Assembly (NCBI GenBank): GCA_951406725.2
Contig: OX597816.1
Location: 64,046,001 to 64,110,000 of the forward strand
DNA: 64,000 nt
Origin: Octopus vulgaris
Taxonomy: Eukaryota
Direction of reading: 5' to 3'
Part shown: one piece after another, positions 53,192-64,000 of the stretch
How the letters are laid out: each line of letters opens with the position of its first letter
Numbering within the stretch: the first letter of the stretch is position 1
Notes under the pieces: generated by a model
What the model was told of the DNA's origin: nothing
Database searches by the model: none
Seen by the model: only the letters and a program-made list of their open reading frames with translations
Translations under genes and position numbers: made by a program

Positions 53192-53540
53192 GTGGTGGAC
53201 GCGCAATGGCCCAGTGGTTAGGGCAGCGGACTCGCGGTTTCGATTCCCAGACCGGGCGTTGTGTGTGTTTATTGAGCGAAAACACCTAACGCTCCACGAG
53301 GCTCCGGCAGGGGGTGGTGTCGACCCCTGTTGTACTCTTTCGCTCCAACTTTCTCTCACTCTTTCTTCCTGTTTCTTGTCCCCGACTTCCTACGCAACCG
53401 CTGAGCCTGGATGCGCATTCATCCGTCAGTCGATGCTCTCGGTGTCGGGGGTTGATCTGCTTTCTCTTCTGCGGGTCTTACGAATAGCAAAGGACCACGT
53501 ATCGGACTTATCTCACCGGGACGAAGACCGCTTCGCTCAA
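53192..53540 (+). mobile_element. SINE family B copy with another distinct tail ending (CAAA)n
   Basis: GTGGACGCGCAATGGCCCAGTGGTTAGGGCAGCGGACTCGCGG head. Confidence 0.85.
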
Positions 53541-54262
53541 CAAACAAACAAACAAATAAGCAGCAGCAGCAGCAGCGGTGACAACGATGGCAACAACAAC
53601 AACATCTACCGCGATGGCAATGCCGTGGACGATCAAACATTGACCGAGGAATACAGTACAATATTTGTTTTCTCGGGGCTAAGGACAGCAGCAGCACAAC
53701 GGGGTGACAGGATGTGGCTGAGGGTAAGGCCACACTGCTGTTAAAAACTGACATACACATGCAAGCATGTACACACACAAGCATATACAGATACATACGC
53801 ACACACACGGATACACACAAGCAAGAACACAAACGCATGCGCACTTAAGGATACGTATCTTAGAAGAACAGAATGGAGTAAGTGGAGCATGAACACACAC
53901 GAAAACGAAAAGTGTCGCTGAAGCGGTCACAGATGTGTGACGAAAGATTCCCGGACAATGGACATGAGTTAATAAAATAAGAACAGTAATGAACGTGTGA
54001 AGAAAAGAAATATAGTGCGTGTGTTTATTTGGCAAAACCCAAAAAACAAAAATGACCATCCCGAAATACAACAATATTTAGTTAAATCATTGGCCGCTAG
54101 AATGAACTTGGGAGTAACGGAGGCGAGAAACCATACGTTTACTTACTGTATTAAATATGATATATTTGAATGTTTTCTTTATCTTTGTTTATATTCAAAG
54201 AGATATCTGCACACATATATGTATACATGAATGTATGTGTGTCTATGTATGCATGTATATGT

Positions 54263-54319
<57 letters not shown>

Positions 54320-54495
54320 TGCATGTATGTATGTAAGTATGTATATATATATATATATGTATGTATATATATATATATTCATATATATGTATACACATTC
54401 ACATACGCACAGATATATGCGTATATGTGTGTCGCTATTGTGTTTTCATACACACACACACACATAAATATGTCTGACATGTGTGTTTATTGGAA

Positions 54496-54579
<84 letters not shown>

Positions 54580-55297
54580 ACGTATATAGATTCTAGGAGC
54601 AGGAAACTGAGACGTCATATGTTATGAACGCATACACCTTACACATACATACAGGCAATTATGCTGACAACAATGTATTTTATAAGTATCACGGTAAGTC
54701 GTGTCTTCGTGTAAGCACATTGACAATTATCTACCCATAGGGAGGTTTCATGAATTTGATAGATTTTATTTCCTAATGAACAACAGGAAGAAAAAATGAC
54801 AGAACTGTCTCCACTTATTTACTGTTATTTGTGATCAGTTTCGTTACCGATGTCACTTGAAACGGATATATGTCGTCAGGCAAAATTATTTATTCTTTTT
54901 CTCTGTTATTTTTTTTCAATATTTAGTGAAGACTATATTGGAATCGGTTGTTTCCCTGATTAGGTGCACAGAAATAATCGACATTAATATTCTTGTCATT
55001 AATGCATTACGAAACTTTTCTTTCAGAACTTTCTTAACTTTCTAATCAGACATAAAAATAAATATATGTTATTGAAAAGACATATTTACGAATGTTTTTA
55101 GTTCAAATAATATTTACTCACAGTGATTTATGTATAGTTATTTATATGTATATTAATATGCCATTATAAGGGATGTAATATGATGTACGAGATAATGCGC
55201 AATATAGTGTCAGTATATATCCGTGATATATACTGACATTCAGATTATTTGTATTGTATACACGATACTTACGTAAGCATGTATGTATGAACGCATG

Positions 55298-55341
<44 letters not shown>

Positions 55342-55350
55342 GTATGTATG

Positions 55351-55391
<41 letters not shown>

Positions 55392-55394
55392 ATG

Positions 55395-55435
<41 letters not shown>

Positions 55436-55438
<3 letters not shown>

Positions 55439-55506
55439 CGTGCTTTAGGCGATGGACTGTTATCCATTCGGGTCTCCCCGCGTGAGTTCGAACCTCATAC
55501 TTGTCG
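55436..55506 (+). pseudogene. tRNA-Ser pseudogene (5' acceptor strand lost, anticodon loop mutated)
   Basis: AGGCGATGGACTGTTATCCATT-CGGGTCTCCCCG-CGTGAGTTCGAACCTCATACTTGTCG matches eukaryotic tRNA-Ser, including the long variable arm. Confidence 0.75.
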
Positions 55507-55517
55507 ATTACATTTTA

Positions 55518-55928
55518 TAGGCATAAGAGTGGCTGTGTGATAAGTAGCTTGCTTACGAACCCCATGGTTCCAGGTTCAGTAGTCCCACTGCGTGGCACCT
55601 TGGGTGAATGTCTTCTACTATAGCTGCGGGACGACCAAATCCTTGTGATTGGATTTGGTAGACGGAAACTGAAAGAAGCCCGTCGTATATATGTATATAT
55701 ATATATGTATGTGTGTGTGTATGTTTGTGTGTCTGTGCTTGTCCCTCCAACATCGCTTGACAACCGATGCTGGTGTGATTACATCCCCATAACTTAGCGG
55801 TTCGGGAAAAGAGACGATAGAATAAGTACTAGGCTTACAACGAATAAGTCCTGGATTCGATTTGCTCGACTACAGGCGGTGCTCCAGCATGGCCTCAGTC
55901 ATATAACTGAAACAAGGGAAAGAGTAAA

Positions 55929-55930
<2 letters not shown>
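55518..55930 (+). mobile_element. SINE family A full copy
   Basis: Matches 48215-48628. Confidence 0.9.
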
Positions 55931-56002
<72 letters not shown>

Positions 56003-56017
56003 TATATATAATATTGT

Positions 56018-56348
56018 GAAGGCGCGTGGCTCAGTGGTTAGAGCGTCGAGCTTACGATCGTGAGGTTGTGAGCTCGAATCCCGGACCGGGCTGCGTGTTG
56101 TGTTCTTGAGCAAGACACTTTATTTCACGTTGCTCCAGTTCACTCAGCTGTAGAAATGAGTTGCGACGTCACAGGTGCCAAGCTGTATCGGCCCTTGCCT
56201 TTCCCTTGGACAACATCGGTGACGTGGAGAGAGGAGACTGGTATGCATGGGCGACTGCTGGTCTTCCATAAAACAACCTTGCCCAGACTTGTACCTCTGA
56301 GGGTAACTCTCTAGGTGCAAACCCATGGTCAGTGTCTGACCGAAGGGG
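56018..56348 (+). mobile_element. tRNA-derived SINE family D
   Basis: GGCGCGTGGCTCAGTGGTTAGAGCG..CTCGAATCCC, CTTGAGCAAGACACTT core, (CAT)n tail; degenerate relatives at ~5900-6130 and ~11210-11430 (-). Confidence 0.85.
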
Positions 56349-57166
56349 GTCATCATCATCATACACGTATATATTGTTGTACATATTAACTATATGCCAA
56401 AATATATATTATTTATTTTATTTACATTGCACACTAGACATCACTGTATATATTCGGTACACACGTTCATACACACACGCACATACACTCACACATACAC
56501 GCATCTATATACCCAAATGGACTAAAACACATGGACAAAGTTATAAAATGTGTGTGTGTGTGTGTGTGTGTGTGTAGCTGTCTCTTTGTATGTGTAATTT
56601 ATGTACATACATACATATAAAATATTTTGAAGTTCTTTAACAAATATATCAACTACATTGGCAACATTATACCAACATATATTAATGAGGTCTTTCTTGG
56701 TGTTATCGTCATCTCTATCTGTGATATAAATTGCATATAGCATGTTTCTTCTCTTTTTTTCCTGCAGTATCTCGAATTTTTCCTGTTGACTAGTCTATAC
56801 TGACTTCAATACTCAGTTGATGCGCATTGTTTAATAAACATATACGAATGAAAATGTGTAAATGGAATATGCATGTTAGCAAATACACATACATGTACAA
56901 ATACATAAATAACTAGATATATAAAATATACAAAGAAGCACATATACGTGTGTGTATTTGTTAGGAACAGCATTCTTTGAAATACAAGAGTGGTGACAAA
57001 GGATTTAAATCTTGATAAAGCATCTTTCGCAGCTGCATTTACCAGTTTCGACAGTTCACGTATTTCGGTATCATTGGAAAGTGTTCTTGATATAGAAGAT
57101 TCGTTTATTCCAAGGAAAACTCTCGTTCATGATACTGCCTAAAAGTCATGCAAATATAACTATTCA

Positions 57167-58648
57167 ATACCTATTTCTTTATTTACCCACAAGGGGCCTA
57201 AACACAGAGGGGACAAACAAGGACAGACAAACGGATTAAGTCTATTACATCGACCACAGTGCGCAACTGGTACTTAATTTATCGACCCCGAAAGTATGAA
57301 AAGCAAAGTGGACCTCGGCGGAATTTGAACTCAGAACGTAACGGCAGACGAAATACGGCTACGCATTTCGCCCGGCGTGCTAACGATTCTGCCAGCTCGC
57401 ACCTTTAACTCTTCAATACAGAATGCCTATATATATATTTAAAATGAATAGGTTATTATCTAAATTACAGTTGTATGTCCAAGTTGCCTACGTTTGATAG
57501 ATTCAATTAGCGATTTTAAAAAATAAATTATCATCGGAATCTTCAATGAGTTTGCTAAATTATATTCTCTTCAGAAGTCTAACCAGGTGCCAAGTCTTGG
57601 AATATCTTAGAATATTGCTTACTGCAACGGCTTTTAATATTAGCCATACTCTTTAGCACGCATGGTAAAATGCCTAGAAGCATTTCGTTCATCCTTACTT
57701 TTAAATTCCGCCGAGGTCGACTTTCCCTTTCATAATCTCGGGGTCGATGAAATAAGTACCAGTTACGCACTGTGGTTGATGCAATTGGCTACTCCTCTCC
57801 CCCAAAATTTCAGGCCTTGTGCCTATAGTAGAAAGCTTTATTACCCATATTGAAGGTAGCGAGTTGGCAGAATCGTGAGCACGCCGGGCATGATGCTTAG
57901 CTGATTTCGTCCGTCATTACATTCAAATTCCGTCGAGGAAAACTTAGCCTTTCATCCTTTCGGGGTCGATAAAATAAGTACCAGTTGAACACTGGGGTCG
58001 ACGTGTTCAAAATTCCTGGCTTCGTACCCACATTTGAAATCATTATTACTCATATTCAACATGGTAGTTGTATTAATACTATAGTGCGTACACACATCAG
58101 AGTTAGTTCCGTCATTCTGAAATTTGGCTCTATCTATAATATCAGAATCGTTAGCAGCACGTATACTATTACGTAGGTGTACCACCATGATAGTATGCTA
58201 GTTCTGTCATCACAGCGATTCAAATATTCGAGAAAATATGTTTCTTTATTACCCACAAGAGGCTAAACATAGAGGGGACAAACAAGGACAGACAAACGAA
58301 TTAAGTCGATTACATCGACCCCAGTGCGTAACTGGTACTTATTTAATCTTCCCCGAAAGGATGAAAGGCAAAGTCGACCTCGGCGGAATTTGAACTCAGA
58401 ACGTAACGGCAGACGAGATACCTATTTCTTTACTACCCACAAGGGGCTAAAAAAAAAGGGACAAACAAGGACAGACAAACGGATTAAGTCGATTACATCG
58501 ACCCCAGTGCGTAACTGGTACTTAATTTATCGTCCCCGAAAGGATGAAAGGCAAAGTCGACCTCGGCCGAATTTGAACTCAGAACGTACGGCAGACGAAA
58601 TACGGCTACTCATTTCACCCGGCGCGCTAACGGTTCTGCCAGCTCGTC
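57167..58648. mobile_element. Cluster of SINE family C copies: 57167-57405 (-), ~57650-57835 (+), ~57853-58045 (+), dimer 58221-58648 (-)
   Basis: Repeated family C heads and cores in both orientations. Confidence 0.85.
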
Positions 58649-58954
58649 GAGAAAATAGGTAATTCTGCTAAGGCTTCATTGTAAGATTCAGCGTTTTGGT
58701 TGGACATTTCTTCATTCGTTGAAAACATGGATATGGATGTTTTCGTGGTTTAAATGCTATGCATTGTTGGCCTAATACTATTTCGAGGATGACCTGAGGA
58801 ATAATATGCATACAATACATGAAGATCATATTACTGGTGAAACCATATCAAATAGCATGACTACTTATAAAAACGTTCATATTAGCTAGAATAATATAGA
58901 TAGGCTTCAATGCATCACACCTTTGGATGCTCTCAGTTATGTACACGAAAGTAC

Positions 58955-58956
58955 AG

Positions 58957-58994
<38 letters not shown>

Positions 58995-59169
58995 TCACCA
59001 CTACTACTACTACAACCACTACTACTACTACAACCACTACTACTACTACTATTACTACTACTTCTACTACTACGACTACGACTATTACTATCACTACTAC
59101 TTCTTCTACTACCACAACTACTACTACTACTACCACCACCACTATCAACAACAACAACAACAACAACAA

Positions 59170-59210
<41 letters not shown>
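58955..59210. repeat. (ACT)n/(ACC)n/(AAC)n compound microsatellite
   Basis: Seen directly. Confidence 0.95.
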
Positions 59211-59214
<4 letters not shown>

Positions 59215-59338
59215 ATTCCAACGGTGGAGTTTTGCGTCTTTGTTAGATAACATCTGCTTCCGCAGGGACAAAGGCGTGCAAAACCATGTATACAATAGGT
59301 GTATGTACGTATATGTTTGTGTGTGTGCGTGCGTGTGT

Positions 59339-59393
<55 letters not shown>

Positions 59394-59405
59394 TGTGTGT
59401 GTTGC

Positions 59406-59758
59406 CCATATATATAAACTTAGTTGTGATCTGAACATAACCGCTTCTCACACAGACGATCGTAAGCCCTTTTGGGCGTTCTATTTTCCTCGCTGGAAGG
59501 GTTCTCAACCCATGGGCAAAGTGGGGTTACATGAAAAAAAGAAAAAGAGACAATCGATGAGCGAAAAAAATCGAGAATCCGATTCATTATGGGATTTCCC
59601 AATAAAGTTGTCAGCAAAATTGCAGCCGAAAGTTTACCAATTTCAACGGATTTCACTCAAATTTGACGTCGATGTTACTTAGTTTGCTTTGAAATAAAGA
59701 GCTTGATTAGCTTAATAATCCTAACTTAATCCCGAGTAAAGCCGGGCTATACTGCTAG
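59406..59758 (+). mobile_element. Non-autonomous Helitron-like element
   Basis: 3' hairpin CCCG-AGTAAAGC-CGGG (59731-46), then CTAG (59755-58) followed by T; the 5' end has ATATATATAAA but is uncertain. Confidence 0.65.
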
Positions 59759-60089
59759 TATCTTATATTTTATCATATAAAATGTGGCCATTCTTTGATA
59801 AAATGAGAAGGCTGCAGGAGTGTTGGTGTGAGGGAAACGTGGTACCATTGTGGGTGTGGCTGATATCAAGAAAGGGGAGAACAGAATCGTGTAAGCGACA
59901 AATATAGAGTGGTAGTGGGGTTATAACGTTAATACAGCTGTCATTCAGGGATACACACGCGGACGCTTTAAATTTGTCTTTCTCACTCTCTTTTATTGCT
60001 CTCTTTGTCTCTTGCTCTCTCTCTCCAGTTCTCGCTCTCTGTTTTCCTCTATTGCTGTCTCTGTCTATCACACTCACTCTCTCTCTCTT

Positions 60090-60132
<43 letters not shown>

Positions 60133-62081
60133 CCCCCATATTCACAATCAAAATCTATAGACAGGTATCTAACAAAGTTTAAACCGAAATTAGCCGGAAA
60201 TAACCGAAGTATTCCTTTTTCCCCATTTTCGACCAGACGATAATGAAGTTATCGTCTGCTAAATACTTGGAGTCAGATCACGAAGATGACGTTTCAAGAC
60301 AACACTGAAGGCGAACTACCTTATCAAATTCTTTTTTATTATTTACAAAATTACAATCAGTTATTTATCTATCGCAAAGTTAGAAAGACAGATTTCGAAA
60401 GAGGAAATTGCTATCGCGTTGTATTTTATCACATTTGGTGGTGCAACCGGACATTACGATTTTGCAAATAGAAAGTTTTCTTTTTCAACATTGCAATTGC
60501 TTATCATATTTTTGCCCTGCTTAATTTTAAACTTATGTACAGTAACTATTTTAATGTTCCGGAATTTTCTTTCTTAAAACATATGCTTCAAACATAGGAG
60601 ATCGTGATTCCACGCAAAAATTAAAGCTAGCGTTGAGGGTTGGATTTATGATTCAATATTAAAGTTAGTATTGCAGTTTAGATTTTAAGGATAAAATTAG
60701 GATTAGGATCTTGAGTTAAGTTTTAAGCTAAGAGCTGAGGGTTAGAATTTAACGTTTGGGTTAAGATTACAATTTTGAGTTAGGTAAGGGTTACGTTTAA
60801 ACAGAAATTGAAAAGGGATTCAAAAGATTTGAAATATAGATTTTTACAGAATCAAAGTTGGATATGTTTGGAATCTAGCTATCAAATAAAAAATATTCTT
60901 AAAAAAATGTAAAATAAAAAGGTCATATATAGACAAGGTGTTAACTGTTTAAATATGCTTGATGTATATTCGAGTCCAGAAGATAGCCACACCGGTCAGT
61001 CATCAGACTGTGAGATGCATGCATTATCTCGTCTTATCTCTTCTTCCGGTCTTCAACCACAGAGACCAGAAAGCGAGGTGAACTGATACGAGAGACAAGT
61101 CCATCTTGTTATATTCCGTCATCACTCACTGACTTGCTGCGCCATTCAACTACTCGCTCTATATAAAATACGGAGTGACAGCGCTAAGCAGTAACGTATA
61201 AAACTTGCTGAAAATCACAAAACATGGTAACAAAAATTGGTATCAAAACTTGTTGCCAATCACACTTGCGTCTTTAATGGTATATTTTACACGTTCTTGT
61301 AAAAGTTGTGTTAGATAATCCATGCCTTAATATGATTGGATAATTTAATAGGGTAACGAATATATGTGCTATACATATTTTTTATACGATGAATATCCCG
61401 TTTTGGAAGAATTCAATCGTTCATCTACATTGATTAGGAAAGCCTCATCCAAACATATCTACTTTTTCTTTAATATGTGCATTTCCACATCCGTTCATTT
61501 TTGGAGAGTATTTTAAGTTTCTGTTTGAAAATAAAATATTCATGAGACAGAAACCGTGTTTGTTTTACCAGCAGGCAGCATTTTTGGTGTGTCAACTCTG
61601 TTATTATCTTAGAAGCATTATCTATACAGTGATATTTATAACAAAGTTCTATATTGTTTATTTGGAAAATAGAGGATATGACGTATTTGCTTGTGCTTCA
61701 GTGTATATGAGCTTATCAGTACAGATTTGTTAAAGTCTTTTCTCCATAAACTGTTGTCTTTGTAATGTATGTCGCATTGTACAGCTTATGTCGTTCTATT
61801 ATACTGGGATTGGTTTCTTCCTGTATGTATAGTTTCATTTAGCAGTTAGGGAACTGCTAACAGATTCATGATGGTTTTCCAAACTAATATGGTTTCATTT
61901 TTACAGTGCTTGCTAAATATACATAGGCGCAGGAGTGGGTGTGTGGTAAGTAGCTTGCTTATCGCCCACATGGTTCCGGGTTCAGTGGTATTGCGTGATA
62001 CATTGGTCAAGTGTCTACTATAGGTTCGTGCCGACCAAAGCCTTGTCAGTGGATTCGGTAGACGGAACTGAAAGAATCCCG

Positions 62082-62124
<43 letters not shown>

Positions 62125-62126
<2 letters not shown>

Positions 62127-62383
62127 TTGGCATCCCTTATGCTAGAAGAACATCCGCTATGGTCTTACCACTAAGAAAGGAAAGTACTCAAGAAAATTTA
62201 GCAAAATGCCATAAAGTAAGCGAGCAACACAAATGAAAAGATACAAAATGTATCTTTTCATTTTGTATCTTTTCATTTGTCTTGCTCGCTTACGTTCTGG
62301 CGTTTGCTAAATTTTCTTGAGAACAATCCTTTCTTAGTGGTAAGACCATAGCGGATCTTTTTCTAGTATAAGAGATGTCCACT
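62125..62383. repeat. Long imperfect palindrome (MITE-like hairpin)
   Basis: Arms of ~120 bp, e.g. ATCCGCTATGGTCTTACCACTAAGAAAGGA / TCCTTTCTTAGTGGTAAGACCATAGCGGAT. Confidence 0.9.
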
Positions 62384-62429
62384 AACAGGTCATCCCTCTT
62401 ATATGTATGTAATATATTTACTAAAGAAC

Positions 62430-63647
62430 ATAGAGAGTGTATGATAGAACTGAAATAGAAAATCCTGAATAGGCTTGAAGTTGTAAGACACTCCAATATA
62501 CATGATAGAGAACCACTTCATAAGCTCTCAAATACAATCCAAAATAGAAAACAAATTAAAATTGGAAACTATGTAACAGAGGAAATTATACAAGAACTAA
62601 AACCAGATCTCACTGAATTAAATGAAATTACTTACGCAGCAGCTAAGACAATTGAAACCAGTTGTATGCCTTTGAAAAAACAAAGAAATACAAACCCGAG
62701 AAGAATTCTAAACTGGAAAAGTAAATTTGAAAAAGAGATTGAAATAATGAGAAGTGAAATATCAATATTGAATGAACTAATTTATGGAAACAATATAAAA
62801 ACCAGAAAAGGAAGAAAGATGAAGAGAATACATAGATTCTCGCTGATAGAAGAATTGCTTTCAGCAAATGGAACACTGCAACAAAATGTCCAAAAAAAAT
62901 TTCAAAGAATACGAAGATTTGAGAAGAGAAACAAATTTTACAAGCAAAATAAGCTGTTCACATCCAATGCGTAAACATTCTACAGAGAAATAGAGAAGGA
63001 GAAAATAACCGTTGAAGATCCCGCTGCCACGGAAGAAGTTGTAAAGTTCTGGGAAAATATCTGGCGTAATGAAAAGACTTACAATGAAAATGAAGACTAC
63101 ATTAGACGCACAGAAGGATCCTACCAAAACTTACCAGAATAAACTGGGAGAAATCACTATAGAAGACCTAAGGATGAGACTCGCAAAGGCTCATAAGTGG
63201 AAATCTGGTAATGATAGAGGGACAAATTTCTGGCTCGCCTCGCTCCCGTGCGCTCACGAAAAGTTAGTCCAGTTATTCAATGAAATTATGAGAGATCCTA
63301 CGAAAACACCTAATCGGTTAGCAAGATGTATTACTTACCTACTCCCGGAGAATAATGAAATCAAATTTCCGGGAAAATTATCGGCCCATAGTATGTCTAT
63401 CTACCACGTATAAAATGTTACTGTCCATCCTCGTGGAGAAAACATACAAATTTATGGAAGAGAACGGTATTTTCCCCACTGAACAAAAAGGCTGTAAACG
63501 AGGCTCGTATGGATGCAAAGACCAACTCTTAATCAATCGCATGAACCTTGAGCTCTGTCATAAAAAACGAAGAAATCTCAGTTGTATAAGGATTGATTAT
63601 AAAAAGGCATTTGACAGCATACCGCATTCATGGATCTTGAAATTACT
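62430..63647 (+). mobile_element. R4/Dong-like LINE, pre-RT and RT N-terminal fragment
   Basis: QNKLF..FYREI, HKWKSGND..NFWL, NYRPIVCL, EQKGC..GCKDQLLI and IDYKKAFDSIPHSW; frameshifted and truncated. Confidence 0.9.
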
Positions 63648-63825
63648 TGTGGGCAATAAAGAAATAGGAAATATGGTAAAAAATGCAAAATAATCTTTTA
63701 TTTAAGAAAACAATTTGTATTAAACAGCTGTTTAAGCCTAAAAGTCGGCCCATGTTGTTAGATTTATTGAACTTTTCTCGGGAAGCAATTTGGAAAGAAT
63801 CTGAAGAAAGAATTGTTAAAATTCA

Positions 63826-63827
<2 letters not shown>

Positions 63828-63885
<58 letters not shown>

Positions 63886-64000
63886 CATTATCATTCTTCT
63901 TCTTCTTCTTCTTCTTCTTCTTCTTCTTCTTCTTCTTCTTCTTCTTCTTCTTCTTCTTCTTCTTCTTCTTCTTCTCCTTCTCCTTCTTCTTCTTCTTCTT
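63828..64000. repeat. (ATT)n-(CTT)n microsatellite
   Basis: Seen directly. Confidence 0.97.

Noticed and set aside
53214-53844. Overlapping 176-aa and 141-aa ORFs
   Set aside because: They run through a SINE and simple repeats.
58910-59508. Mucin-like poly-Thr ORF
   Set aside because: A compound microsatellite, open in several frames on both strands.
60630-60800. Degenerate TTAGGG-like stretch as an interstitial telomere
   Set aside because: Too degenerate; more likely internal to an old repeat.

Overview
AT-rich, microsatellite-dense eukaryotic DNA. The SINE, LINE and microsatellite landscape suggests an octopus (coleoid cephalopod) genome; this is an inference. No intact conserved host gene is evident, and most ORF-track entries are translated microsatellites. 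The window is mainly mobile elements. These include a Helitron helicase remnant (1-715), a near-intact DD37D/maT transposon with perfect 26-bp TIRs (1132-2421) and a rearranged DD34E Tc1-like element (18079-19777). There is also a ~5.5 kb Penelope-like element of probable Naiad type (RT + GIY-YIG, direct pseudo-LTR repeats, hammerhead-like motif; 30100-35600). Other repeats are R4/Dong-like and RTE LINE fragments (the RTE ones with C2H2 fingers), three or more tRNA-derived SINE families, a foldback-like A4T4 satellite, a long palindrome and a tRNA-Ser pseudogene. The most interesting non-repeat signal is a small minus-strand ORF (52866-53051, with an upstream in-frame ATG at 53096). It has a signal-peptide-like start and a six-cysteine tail resembling a shortened molluscan big defensin. 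All family assignments come from motif recognition by eye; no database search was run.
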